DNA from: Oscillospiraceae bacterium
Lineage (GTDB): Bacteria > Bacillota > Clostridia > Oscillospirales > SIG530
Assembly: GCA_015067075.1 (NCBI GenBank)
Contig: SVND01000004.1
Coordinates: 2 to 64,001 of the forward strand
DNA: 64,000 nt
Direction of reading: 5' to 3'
Shown: positions 10,080 to 21,006 of the stretch, piece by piece
Position numbering within the stretch: position 1 is the stretch's first letter
How the letters are laid out: every line of letters begins with the position of its first letter
The notes under the pieces: model-generated
Databases searched by the model: none
Seen by the model: only the letters and a program-made list of their open reading frames with translations
Told to the model about the DNA's origin: nothing
Made by a program: the position numbers and the translations under genes

Positions 10080-10143
10080 AATTATTGTGCTTGCAAATTC
10101 TCAATTAGAGCAATCACTTCATTTCAAAGTGGTTGCTTTTCTT

Positions 10144-10806
10144 TTATTTTACGCAATACTGCTCAATATAAGCTTCCATTGCCGCAACGTGACTGCTGTA
10201 TTCGGGAATTTCCTTAAGGTATTCCAAAATATCATAAACAGTTATAAGCGCATGAACGGTGATACCGAACTCGTCATATATCTCCTGAACGGCTGTACGC
10301 TTGCCGTCCTGACCGACCTCCGAGCGGTTTACGGAGATGAAAAGGTCCTTGACCTGAACGTCTGCCGCCGCCTTGAGCACGGGAATAGTTTCTCTTACAG
10401 CTGTGCCTGCCGTAATAACGTCCTCGATTATGATTATCTTATCGCCGTCCTTAGGCTTGTAGCCTACAAGAGAGCCGCCTTCACCGTGGTCCTTGCTTTC
10501 CTTTCTGTTGAAAAAGTAGGGCTTATCTATGCCGTACATATCGAAAAGAGAGCCTGCCGCCGCCGTAGCAAGAGGAATACCCTTATAGGCAGGACCGAAC
10601 ATAGCGTCAAAATCATCGCCAAGTGTAGCTTTTACGCAAGCGGCATAATATTTACCAAGCTGGGATATCTGCGCGCCCGTTTTGTAATTGCCCGTATTGA
10701 CAAAATAGGGAGAAAGACGTCCGCTTTTTGTCTTAAATTCACCGAATCTGAGCACGTCCGCGCTCTGCATAAATTCAATAAATTCACGTTTTTCCTTTGT
10801 AAGCAT
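10144..10806 (-). CDS. pyrE: orotate phosphoribosyltransferase
   Basis: 220 aa. Motif FGEFKTKSGRLSPYF and PRPP-binding loop KIIIIEDVITAGTA. Confidence 0.92.
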   Translation of the reverse strand: MLTKEKREFIEFMQSADVLRFGEFKTKSGRLSPYFVNTGNYKTGAQISQLGKYYAACVKATLGDDFDAMFGPAYKGIPLATAAAGSLFDMYGIDKPYFFNRKESKDHGEGGSLVGYKPKDGDKIIIIEDVITAGTAVRETIPVLKAAADVQVKDLFISVNRSEVGQDGKRTAVQEIYDEFGITVHALITVYDILEYLKEIPEYSSHVAAMEAYIEQYCVK

Positions 10807-10821
10807 AAATTTAAGCTCCTT

Positions 10822-13203
10822 TTATTGTAAATTTACTATTGTCACTCCGTTTTCGCCCTCGCCGTATTTACCGAGGCGATAGCCTTTTACAGCTTTATTG
10901 CTTCTCAGCGCCTGATGTACAGCCGAGCGAAGCACACCCGTGCCCTTTCCGTGGACAATGGTTACCGTCGGGATAGATGCCATCATCGCATCGTCAATGT
11001 ATTGCTCAAGCTCCAATATAGCCTCCTCCGCATTCATTCCGCGAAGGTCAAGCTGCATCTTTACGCTTCTTGTAATATCGCCCGATCGGATATAGCTGGA
11101 CGCAGATTTCGGTCCCGCTTTTTCCTTAACTAAGCGCAGTGCTGACGAATGAAGCTTCAGCTTCATTGCGCCGACCTTTACCGTTACGTTGCCTTGATTG
11201 TCGGGCTTCGTTTCAACAACGCCCGTTTTACCGAGGGATACTATTTCCACCGATACGCCGGGAAGCAGTGCTGACGGCTTTGCCGCATCAAAGGCAGGAC
11301 GGCTTTCCGTCTGCTCAGGCTTTGCTTCAAGCTTTTTAACTCTCGCTCCAACGCTTGCTCGTACCTGCTCAAGCTTCTCCGCAAAGTCGCTTGCATCCTT
11401 TTCAAGCTTCAGCTTATCAAGCTCCGTCATCATTTCACGGATAGCTTTTTTGCCCTCTTCAAAGGTGCGTACCGTGTCAGCCTTAAGTCTGTCCATCTCG
11501 CGGGCAAGCTTTTTATCTGCCTCGCGCTTTTCAAATTCCATCTGGTTTTTATAACGCTCCGCCGCTTTTCGCGCTTGCTCCGCCTCAAGTCGGTCGCGCT
11601 CCGCCTGCTGTCTTGACTTTTCAAGGTCAGTAAGAATATCCTCAAAGCGAATACTTTCCTCGCTGGTAAGCTCCTTTGCGCGTCCGATGACCTCGTCGGA
11701 CATACCAAGCCTCTTTGCAATAGCAAAAGCGTTTGATCTTCCCGGAACGCCTGTTAAAAGCCTGTATGTGGGGCGCAGCGTTTCAACGTCAAACTCACAG
11801 CAAGCATTTTCAACACCGTCCGTTTCAAGTGCATACAGCTTTATCTCCGCATAGTGAGTCGTCGCCGCAACACGAGCCCCTGCCTTGCGCACCGCCTCGA
11901 TTATAGCTATGGCAAGGGATGCACCCTCAACGGGGTCCGTGCCTGCCCCAAGCTCGTCAAAGAGCACCAGCGCACGGTAATCAAGCCTTTGCATTATGGC
12001 AACGATGTTCGTCATATGCGCCGAGAACGTGGAAAGCGATTGCTCAATGCTCTGCTCATCGCCAATATCAGCGTAAACGCTTGAAAAAACTGCGGCACGG
12101 CTGCCCTCTGCGGCAGGAATATGCAAGCCGCATTGGAGCATAACGCTGAAAAGTCCTAAAGTTTTAAGCGAAACCGTCTTACCGCCCGTGTTCGGACCCG
12201 TTATAACGAGCGTATCAAACTGCTCGCCCAAGCGAACGTCAATAGGCACTACCTTGTCGTAAGGAATGAGCGGATGGCGGCACTGCTTCATATCAATTAT
12301 GCCGTCGTCGTTAAGCTGCGGCTGAACGCCTTTATATTGCATGGAAAGGCGCGCCTTGGCAAAGATAAAATCAAGCTTTACGATTATTTTATAATCGGCG
12401 GCAATGCTTTCGGCAAAATTTGCCGTTTCAGCGGAAAGCTCCGCAAGTATACGCTCAATCTCTTCCTTTTCCTTGTCAAAAAGAACGGAAAGCTCGTTAT
12501 TTGCCTCAACTACGGGCATCGGCTCGATAAACAGCGTAGCTCCGCTTGATGACGAGCCGTGTACGATACCGGGAAGCTCTCCTCTGCTCTCCGCTTTTAC
12601 GGGAACGACAAATCTTCCCGAACGGATGGTGAAAAGCGAGTCCTGTAACACCTTCTGGTACTGCTGTGAATGTACTATTTTATGAAGTGTGTCGCGTATT
12701 TTTTGGTTCGTTGCCGCAATCTTACGGCGTATGGATGCAAGCTCCGCGCTTGCATTGTCTGCTATTTCATCCTCGCCAACGATAGCGTCGAATATTCTGT
12801 TTTCAAGATAGGAATTTGCGGAAAGCGATGCAAAAAGTCCGTCGATGCACGTTTCCATCTCTATCCCGTTTTCCTGATACGCAATAAGTCCGCGCGCCGT
12901 GGCAAGCACGTTGCCCACGTTTATAAGCTCTCTGGCGGAAAGCGTTGAGCCTGCCGCCGCACGTCCGACGGATGAGATTATATTGACAACGCCGCGAAAA
13001 GACGGGGCGCTTCTGCGCAAAAGCATGAGCTTTGCCGCCGTCGTTTCCGATATTTGCGCCTCTACTTCTCCAAGCTCTGTTTTCGGCTCAATATCCCTTG
13101 CCATCTGCTTTGCATCGTCGCATACGCATTGCTCCGCAAGCATTGCAAGCACCTTGTCAAGCTCCAATGTTCTGCACGCTTTTTTGAAAAGATTATTTTC
13201 CAT
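10822..13203 (-). CDS. mutS2: endonuclease MutS2
   Basis: 793 aa. Walker A GPNTGGKTV, DELGAGTDP, coiled-coil linker, C-terminal Smr domain IVHGKGTGVLR. Confidence 0.93.
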   Translation of the reverse strand: MENNLFKKACRTLELDKVLAMLAEQCVCDDAKQMARDIEPKTELGEVEAQISETTAAKLMLLRRSAPSFRGVVNIISSVGRAAAGSTLSARELINVGNVLATARGLIAYQENGIEMETCIDGLFASLSANSYLENRIFDAIVGEDEIADNASAELASIRRKIAATNQKIRDTLHKIVHSQQYQKVLQDSLFTIRSGRFVVPVKAESRGELPGIVHGSSSSGATLFIEPMPVVEANNELSVLFDKEKEEIERILAELSAETANFAESIAADYKIIVKLDFIFAKARLSMQYKGVQPQLNDDGIIDMKQCRHPLIPYDKVVPIDVRLGEQFDTLVITGPNTGGKTVSLKTLGLFSVMLQCGLHIPAAEGSRAAVFSSVYADIGDEQSIEQSLSTFSAHMTNIVAIMQRLDYRALVLFDELGAGTDPVEGASLAIAIIEAVRKAGARVAATTHYAEIKLYALETDGVENACCEFDVETLRPTYRLLTGVPGRSNAFAIAKRLGMSDEVIGRAKELTSEESIRFEDILTDLEKSRQQAERDRLEAEQARKAAERYKNQMEFEKREADKKLAREMDRLKADTVRTFEEGKKAIREMMTELDKLKLEKDASDFAEKLEQVRASVGARVKKLEAKPEQTESRPAFDAAKPSALLPGVSVEIVSLGKTGVVETKPDNQGNVTVKVGAMKLKLHSSALRLVKEKAGPKSASSYIRSGDITRSVKMQLDLRGMNAEEAILELEQYIDDAMMASIPTVTIVHGKGTGVLRSAVHQALRSNKAVKGYRLGKYGEGENGVTIVNLQ

Positions 13204-13220
13204 TGCATTTCTTCCGTATA

Positions 13221-14561
<1,341 letters not shown>

Positions 14562-14580
14562 TCAGTTTATGTTTTGTTTT

Positions 14581-14654
14581 TAGTGATGTATTTGCGTAGG
14601 CAAACATTATTTAAAAAAGTCCAATTTGCCTGGAAGACAAATGTTCTGTTTTTG
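14581..14654. repeat. left (decayed) copy of a ~74-bp direct repeat flanking the HNH islet
   Basis: TAGTGATGTATTTGCGTAGGCAAACATTATTTAAAAAAGTCCAATTTG... matches 16425-16472 at about 43 of 48 positions. The hairpin arms of the right copy are degenerate here. Confidence 0.75.
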
Positions 14655-14707
14655 TTATGGTTGCTTGCTTAACGAAATTTAAGCTTATATACTATTTCTA
14701 TTAAATT

Positions 14708-16345
14708 CTAATTCGCCATTTTATTACTCTTTGCTCTATTGCATTTCCAACATAATGTTTGAAGGTTATCTTCTATTGTACAGCCACCTTTTGATACAGG
14801 CACAATATGGTCTATCTCCAATAGTAAGTTTGGTTCTGCATGAATAGAATTTCCACAAATACGACATGTGAAATCGTCGCGTTTTTTGACAAATTCACGA
14901 AGTTTATTTGTCATTAACGCTCTTTGTTCTTTTGTAAAATCACTTGCGGTAAATTTCTCCTCTAACGCTTTAATTAACTCTACTATAGATTCCTCGGTCA
15001 TTGGTACAGTAAATTTTCTCTTTGCCTTTCCGCCACTAGAAGTATAGGAAAATGTATATTCTACCACAAGTACACTTTCATCAATATTCGCAAACCCTAA
15101 TCTTGAATAGAAACCTGCTTCATCTTCCTCCATAACATAATCCGGAACATCATTAATATACTGTTGATACTCTTTTTTGTAGTTTTCAATAATTTCCTTT
15201 GCTTCTTTTAATGTAGCAAGTTCTTCTATAAGTAAATGCAGTTTTTGTATTTGTTCAGGATATATGTTTTTGTTAGGGTAAAAGTTTTTTATTACATAAT
15301 CAAGCGGATTATTTTCCGCGCTTGCGAATACGGTAGCTGACACTTCTGCCATAAAAGGATTAATTGTCTTTTTGTACGGACGAATATACTGGTATTCATC
15401 TTCATTAATTGTTTCGTTTCGAACAACTCTTGTTCCAAAAAGTTGTGAAATGGATTCCACTTTCTCTGTTATGTATTCATTAAATTCTCTTTGCGTACTC
15501 ATTAACACTTCGCAGGTTTCTTTTATTTTAAAAAATGCAGGAGAATCATAGTAATCAAGAATTCTTTGATTACTATCAACAATCTTCGTTATTTCTTGCT
15601 CAATATGCGCTACAAATTTATTAATAATCTCCCATTCTTCGCTATTTATATCCTTTATTTTTTTGATGCTATTAACCGTTCTATCAAACAACTGCATAAT
15701 TAAATTATCCAATTGTTCTACGCTACCTTTTATAAACAAAAGTTTTCTGTTCTCATTTGCATAATCTATAATCTTGTTTACATTCTCATAATATTTATGT
15801 TGTTTTTGATTCAATGCTTCTTTTTCTTGTTCTTTCAGGTACTTATTTAATTCTCCTTTCCCCATAAGTAATGCTGGGTCTTCATCAAACTTATCTATGT
15901 CATATTGGCTTAATCTGATTATTCTTGTACCCAAGTTATTTCCAGCAGAGGATATATACGTAACACAAATTCTGTAAGCCTTTGCATTTCTAATAGTTGT
16001 ATTAATATTTTCTGCAAGTTTATTATATTGCGAATGCCCCTTATATTCATTATTGCTGAGAAAATGGCTTAAAATATTTGCAACTTCATTTTTTCTTTGT
16101 ATAATTTTCTTCGCCTGAACAAGCTTTTCTTTGTTTTCTTTAAAAAATTTTATGTCGTCGTATTTCTCCAACGCTTGACGACTTTTTACAATTACATTCG
16201 CATCAATATCAGAAACAATATTCCAACTTGAAAAACCTAATTTTCTTAACACTTCAGCGTCTAATTCTTTGTACTTCTTTTCGTTAATGGATTTAGTTAC
16301 TACAATTATCACAACAACTACAGCTATAATCACTAATAACGGCAT
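14708..16345 (-). CDS. membrane-anchored protein with a C-terminal HNH endonuclease domain (middle region unassigned)
   Basis: 545 aa from ATG 16345, which lies 7 nt after AGGAGG. N-terminal TM helix PLLVIIAVVVVIIVV, then about 440 aa of K/E/N-rich, helical-looking sequence. C-terminus CRICG..EIDHIVPVSKGGCTIEDNLQTLCWKCNRAKSNK has the CxxC..CxxC pairs and HNH residues. The gene is very AT-rich. Confidence 0.8.
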   Translation of the reverse strand: MPLLVIIAVVVVIIVVTKSINEKKYKELDAEVLRKLGFSSWNIVSDIDANVIVKSRQALEKYDDIKFFKENKEKLVQAKKIIQRKNEVANILSHFLSNNEYKGHSQYNKLAENINTTIRNAKAYRICVTYISSAGNNLGTRIIRLSQYDIDKFDEDPALLMGKGELNKYLKEQEKEALNQKQHKYYENVNKIIDYANENRKLLFIKGSVEQLDNLIMQLFDRTVNSIKKIKDINSEEWEIINKFVAHIEQEITKIVDSNQRILDYYDSPAFFKIKETCEVLMSTQREFNEYITEKVESISQLFGTRVVRNETINEDEYQYIRPYKKTINPFMAEVSATVFASAENNPLDYVIKNFYPNKNIYPEQIQKLHLLIEELATLKEAKEIIENYKKEYQQYINDVPDYVMEEDEAGFYSRLGFANIDESVLVVEYTFSYTSSGGKAKRKFTVPMTEESIVELIKALEEKFTASDFTKEQRALMTNKLREFVKKRDDFTCRICGNSIHAEPNLLLEIDHIVPVSKGGCTIEDNLQTLCWKCNRAKSNKMAN

Positions 16346-16424
16346 AGTTATCCTCCTTTTTAAACGCATTTTCATAAAAAACATTACGCTATTAATCTAC
16401 ACAATTTTCAAAAATCGCTCTTTT

Positions 16425-16498
16425 CAGTGATGCATTTGCGAATGCAAACATTATTCAAAAAAGTCCAATTTGTCTTCCCGACAAATTGGACTTTTTTG
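16425..16498. repeat. right copy of the direct repeat flanking the HNH islet (contains the tRNA-Ala terminator)
   Basis: CAGTGATGCATTTGCGAATGCAAACATTATTCAAAAAAGTCCAATTTG... See the left copy at 14581-14654. Confidence 0.75.
16457..16497 (-). terminator. intrinsic terminator just downstream of tRNA-Ala
   Basis: Perfect 18-bp arms AAAAAAGTCCAATTTGTC / GACAAATTGGACTTTTTT with a 5-nt loop, and A/T runs on both sides. It begins 2 nt after the tRNA 3' end. Confidence 0.75.
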
Positions 16499-16499
16499 C

Positions 16500-16575
16500 T
16501 GGTGGAGCATAGCGGACTCGAACCGCTGACATCCACACTGCCAGTGTGGCACTCTACCAACTGAGCTAATACCCC
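16500..16575 (-). tRNA. tRNA-Ala (anticodon GGC)
   Basis: Reverse complement GGGGTATTAGCTCAGTTGGTAGAGTGCCACACTGGCAGTGTGG...TTCGAGTCCGCTATGCTCCACCA. G3:U70 identity pair, anticodon loop CTGGCAG. Length 76 nt with CCA. Confidence 0.9.
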
Positions 16576-16697
16576 AAACACGGCTTATATAATAACATAT
16601 ATTTTGCGTTTTGTAAAGAGTTATTTTTAAATTTTTTAATTTTTTTTATTTTTGGTTGATTTTTTTCCGTTATTTTGCCGTTTTTTTTGAAAATCTC

Positions 16698-16726
16698 TTG
16701 CCTTTATCCTTTATATTGTGTATAAT
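16698..16726 (+). promoter_or_regulatory. putative sigma-A promoter (extended -10) of the surface-protein gene
   Basis: TTGCCT, 17-nt spacer, TGtgTATAAT. Lies about 30 nt upstream of the AAGGAGG RBS and TTG start at 16759. Confidence 0.6.
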
Positions 16727-16758
16727 ATAAGGTACAGAATTTAAAGGAGGACATTCAG

Positions 16759-19700
16759 TTGAATAAAATTTTGCGCGCAGGTGCTCTTTTATTATGCACC
16801 CTTTTTATTGCTTTTTTACTTCCCATGCCTGTTTTTGCCACAGCATCGCAGACGCTTTCAAAGCTCACTCTGCAAAGCAGTACGCAGCCTAACTCCGCTT
16901 CCAATCCGTATCTTATAAAAACGGTTGCGGAGCTTAAGACCATAGGCTCTGCTCTTTCAAGCGGTGAAAGCTTCGCAGGCGTTTATTTCAAGCTCAGCAA
17001 CGACATAGCTCTCGCCGAGCGCGCATGGACTCCCATCGGCGCTGAAAAGCCCTTTGACGGCTTTTTCGACGGCGGCGGAAACACCGTTACAGGTCTCAAC
17101 GTCAAAAACCATGCCTTTGGCGGTCTTTTTGGCATGCTTGCAAGCGGTGCATCCGTTTCAAACCTCAACGTTGAAGGCACCGTCACCGCTGACTCCTCCC
17201 TTGAAAAAGTCGCTTTAGGAGGTATCGCAGGCGCTTCCACAGGCGCTTCCGTTTACAACTGCTCCTTTAGCGGTACTGTTACGGGCGAAGCATCCGACAT
17301 AAGCTACTGCGCAGGCATCGTCGGCAACGCCGTTACAAGTTCGGTTACAAATTGCTCCGCAAAGGGTACTATCACAGCGCGCGGCGGCTACAGCGCAAAC
17401 GTTGCCGCAGGTATAGCTGCAATGTCTTCCTCCTCCATATCCTCCTGTGAAAACAACGCCTCCATCGTCGCTGACGGAAACGGAAACGTAGCAGGCGGCG
17501 GTATTGCCGCTCTCTGCTCCGCAGGCTCTGTACGCGCTTGCTATAACGGCGGCAGCGTCACAGCTACAGTTTCAAGCTCGTCCAACCCCTCTCGCAGCTC
17601 TTATGCAGGCGGTATCGTCGGCTTTTCCGACAACTGCACGGTTTCAGAAAGCAAAAACTCCGCGCCCATCAAGGCAACGCTTTCCGATTCCTCCTCTGCC
17701 ACAACGCCCAGCACAGCGGCTTGCGGCGGCATTGTCGGTCTCGGCAGACGCACAAGTGTTCTCACCTGCTCAAACAGCGCTGATATAACAGCTTCCAATC
17801 CCAACAGCAATGCTGCTCTTTCTTCCGCTTCCTGCGCCGGCGGTATCGTCGGCACATCACAGGGCGGCGGCGCCATAAAAAACTGCTCCAACACGGGTAA
17901 CGTCGGCGCTTACGGCAGTCTTTCCACCGTTTCAGGCACTAACCACGCAGGAGGTATCGTAGGCGACCTCGACGCTTCCCTTTACAACTCCTACAGCACA
18001 GGAAACGTCACATCACGCGGCGGCAAGGAAAGCTATGCAGGCGGCATCGCTTCCCATGTAACAGGCACCGTCGAAAACTGCTACAGCGCAGGCACTGTCA
18101 CTGCATCAGAATCTAACGATTACCTTTCCGATGCCCTTGTTGCAAAATCCACGGGCACTGTAAGATACTGCTATTGGAGAAAAACAGATAACAGCACAAG
18201 CTTTTATCAGAATTGCGGCTTCTATTCCGCAGACCTTTCTTTGTCAACTGTCAGCAACACACCCGTTATCGTATCGGGGACAGCCTGTTCTACTGTAGTA
18301 CAAGCCCTCAATACCTGGGTAAACAATAATTCAGACAATACATATTTCGGCTGGGGCGTTTCTTCCTCGCAAAACGGCGGAAATCCCGTCATGTCCCATT
18401 ACAAGATCACCTGCGCTGATATAGAAAACGGTACGCTCTCCTTTAATCGCACAGTTGCAAACGAGGGCGACGTTATCGAGATCACCGTGACGCCCAACAG
18501 CGGTTACTCTCTCGCACCTAACTCCCTTACCTTCAACGGTACGGCTGTGGCTATTAAAAACGGAGTTTACACCTTCATCATGCCCGACAAGGATGTTACG
18601 GTTTTCGCGTCCTTTATCCGTACGGCATCACCCATCTATACAATATCCTCAAACGCTGTTCACGGCTCGCTCATTCCCAACGTAGCTTCCGCTGAACAAG
18701 GCGCTAAAATTACAGTTTCCGTAAACCCCGAAAGCAATTTCAAGCTCGTAGAGGGCTCACTTAAATATAACGACAAGGAAATTCTTAACGTCAACGGTCA
18801 GTACACCTTCACAATGCCCGCAGAGCACGTTGTTCTTACGGCAGATTTCGCTGAGGTAACGCCTGTTGCCCGTCCCATTACCATTGCTTCCATGACGAAC
18901 GGAACTATTATCCCCTCTTCTGCTTCCGCTACAAACGGCTCCGTCGTCACGCTTACGGCAAAGCCTGACAGCGGATACAGATTGAAGGAGGGCTCGTTCA
19001 AAGTGGATGGCAAAGTCCTTACCGCTGTAAACGGTGTTTACTCATTCACCATGGGCTACAACGCCGTAACAGTAACAGCAGAATTTGAGCTTGCTCCCGT
19101 TACGTCCCGTCCCATCACCATCGCCAAAACGGAAAACGGTTCAATTGAGGTCGTTTTCGACGCCGCCGCTAAAGGTACGGTCGTTACAGGCGACATACTC
19201 CCTGCAGACGGCTATCAGCTTGTGGAAGGCTCTCTTGCATATAACGGAATACCTGCAGAGGTATCAGGCACGACCTTCCGTTTTACGATGCCTGACGAGG
19301 CTGTAACTATTACAGCGCAGTTTGAGCTTATTCCGCCTGCAGTCTACGCCATAACCGTTTCTCCGACTATCGCCAACGGCAAGGTTACAGTTGATTTTGA
19401 ATCTGCTCAGGCAGGCGAGATAGTTACGATAACCGTCATTTGCGCCGAGGGCTACAGACTTCAGAACGGTTCACTCAGATGCAACGGCACACAGTACATC
19501 GTTGCAGAGGACGGAACGTGCAAATTTGCAATGCCTGAAGAAGATGTTTTCATCAGCGCCACCTTTGAAGCTTTCGTGGAACAGGAAACCTATTACAACA
19601 TTCATATCGTTGATGATATTCCCAACGGCTTGATAACAGCAAGCGCATCATCTGCAGTCGAAGGCGCGACCATCACAGTTTTCGTCTTCCCTGACGACGG

Positions 19701-20184
19701 ATTTTCCCTTAAAAACGGCACGCTTAAATACAATTCTACTGCTATCTCCCGTATAAACGGTCAGTTTGAATTCGTCATGCCTGCATCTGACGTTACGCTT
19801 TCCGCTATTTTCGAGCGCGCAGGCACGGCTACTGAAATATTTACTATCACTGCATCTGCGCAGGAAGGCGGTAATATTCTTCCCCACGGTGCAGTTGATG
19901 CCGTACAAGGCTATGACAAAGGCTTTGCCATAACTCCCAACATGGGATACTCCATAAGAGACGTTCTCGTTGACGGTGTCAGCATCGGTGCTGTCAGCGT
20001 TTACACCTTCGAAGACGTTATGGGCGATCACACCATAGAAGCTTTCTTTGTTCCCGTTACAAATGAACGTGCGGACAATGCCCCGAATATGGTGCTTCTC
20101 ATAATCATTGCCATTGCAATAGCGTTCGTCGGAGCGCTTATCGTAAGCATTTCCATCTTCCTTATCCGCAGACGGCAGAAATAA
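16759..20184 (+). CDS. large cell-surface protein: signal peptide, GLUG-like repeat region, seven tandem InlB-B-repeat-like domains, C-terminal TM anchor
   Basis: 1141 aa. Signal peptide ALLLCTLFIAFLLPMPVFA. At least 9 G-G-I-(V/A)-G motifs spaced 25-45 aa apart. Seven ~80-aa repeats follow the pattern NG.(I/L)....A..G..V.(I/L)T..P..GY.L..GSL..NG......NG.Y.F.MP...V...A.F. The tail is MVLLIIIAIAIAFVGALIVSISIFLIRRRQK. Confidence 0.85.
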   Translation: MNKILRAGALLLCTLFIAFLLPMPVFATASQTLSKLTLQSSTQPNSASNPYLIKTVAELKTIGSALSSGESFAGVYFKLSNDIALAERAWTPIGAEKPFDGFFDGGGNTVTGLNVKNHAFGGLFGMLASGASVSNLNVEGTVTADSSLEKVALGGIAGASTGASVYNCSFSGTVTGEASDISYCAGIVGNAVTSSVTNCSAKGTITARGGYSANVAAGIAAMSSSSISSCENNASIVADGNGNVAGGGIAALCSAGSVRACYNGGSVTATVSSSSNPSRSSYAGGIVGFSDNCTVSESKNSAPIKATLSDSSSATTPSTAACGGIVGLGRRTSVLTCSNSADITASNPNSNAALSSASCAGGIVGTSQGGGAIKNCSNTGNVGAYGSLSTVSGTNHAGGIVGDLDASLYNSYSTGNVTSRGGKESYAGGIASHVTGTVENCYSAGTVTASESNDYLSDALVAKSTGTVRYCYWRKTDNSTSFYQNCGFYSADLSLSTVSNTPVIVSGTACSTVVQALNTWVNNNSDNTYFGWGVSSSQNGGNPVMSHYKITCADIENGTLSFNRTVANEGDVIEITVTPNSGYSLAPNSLTFNGTAVAIKNGVYTFIMPDKDVTVFASFIRTASPIYTISSNAVHGSLIPNVASAEQGAKITVSVNPESNFKLVEGSLKYNDKEILNVNGQYTFTMPAEHVVLTADFAEVTPVARPITIASMTNGTIIPSSASATNGSVVTLTAKPDSGYRLKEGSFKVDGKVLTAVNGVYSFTMGYNAVTVTAEFELAPVTSRPITIAKTENGSIEVVFDAAAKGTVVTGDILPADGYQLVEGSLAYNGIPAEVSGTTFRFTMPDEAVTITAQFELIPPAVYAITVSPTIANGKVTVDFESAQAGEIVTITVICAEGYRLQNGSLRCNGTQYIVAEDGTCKFAMPEEDVFISATFEAFVEQETYYNIHIVDDIPNGLITASASSAVEGATITVFVFPDDGFSLKNGTLKYNSTAISRINGQFEFVMPASDVTLSAIFERAGTATEIFTITASAQEGGNILPHGAVDAVQGYDKGFAITPNMGYSIRDVLVDGVSIGAVSVYTFEDVMGDHTIEAFFVPVTNERADNAPNMVLLIIIAIAIAFVGALIVSISIFLIRRRQK
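18400..20060 (+). repeat. seven tandem, divergent ~240-nt coding repeats inside the surface-protein gene
   Basis: The protein-level periodicity is listed in the CDS entry. Nucleotide identity between units is low, so these are old duplications. Confidence 0.7.
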
Positions 20185-20195
20185 AAATTAAAGTA

Positions 20196-20224
20196 ACAGT
20201 CCGGCAAAAAATTTGCCGGACTGT
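20196..20224 (+). terminator. hairpin after the surface-protein gene
   Basis: ACAGTCCGGCAAA / TTTGCCGGACTGT, a 13-bp inverted repeat around AAA. There is no clear U-tract. Confidence 0.45.
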
Positions 20225-20244
20225 GTTATCATAAAGGAGATCTT

Positions 20245-21006
20245 ATGAATATAGCTATTATTACAGGTGCTTCCGCAGGACTCGGAATTGAATTTTTAAA
20301 CCAAGTATACACGCGCTACAGCGAGCTTGACTGCATATGGATAATTGCGCGCCGCGCAGACAGGCTTAATTCACTGGCGCAGAATTTTCCCGAAGGCAAG
20401 GTTTTACCAATAGCTCTTGACCTTACGAAAGACGAAAGCATTCACACTCTCAAGCATATGCTTTGTGAAAGCAAGGCTGCCGTACGTCTGCTCATAAATA
20501 ACGCAGGCTTTGGCAAGCTGGGCAACGTAGATGAGCTTGACTGCATTGAACAGGCTGATATAGTCGCCCTGAACTGCAGAGCTCTCACGGCTGTAACGGC
20601 GCTGGTGCTTAACCATATGGAAAGCGGAAGCACCGTTATCAACGTTTGCTCCATTTCAGCTTTCGCGCCAAATCCGCGAATGACAGTTTACAGCGCCACA
20701 AAAGCTTACGTTATGAGCTTTTCACGCAGTCTTCGTTTTGAGCTGAAAAAGAAAAATATAAACGTACTTGCCGTTTGTCCCGGTCCCATGAGCACGGAGT
20801 TTCTCGGCATTGCGGGCATCGGCAAGGGTGACTCGCCTACATATGACACGCTTCCCTTTTGTATTCCCTCAAAGGTCGTGCGCGGTGCGCTCAACGCCTG
20901 TGACAAACGCCGCGGTGTTTACACTCCAACGCTGTTTTATAAGCTCTACCGCGTTTTTGCAAAGCTTTTGCCGCACTCACTCGTTATGTATTTTTCTAAG
21001 ACGTGA
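20245..21006 (+). CDS. short-chain dehydrogenase/reductase (SDR)
   Basis: 253 aa. Motifs TGASAGLG, NNAG and YSATKAY. Confidence 0.88.
   Translation: MNIAIITGASAGLGIEFLNQVYTRYSELDCIWIIARRADRLNSLAQNFPEGKVLPIALDLTKDESIHTLKHMLCESKAAVRLLINNAGFGKLGNVDELDCIEQADIVALNCRALTAVTALVLNHMESGSTVINVCSISAFAPNPRMTVYSATKAYVMSFSRSLRFELKKKNINVLAVCPGPMSTEFLGIAGIGKGDSPTYDTLPFCIPSKVVRGALNACDKRRGVYTPTLFYKLYRVFAKLLPHSLVMYFSKT

Noticed and set aside
10087-10830. A 247-aa plus-strand ORF opposite pyrE.
   Set aside because: pyrE on the minus strand has clear PRPP-binding and OPRTase motifs. The plus-strand product has none.
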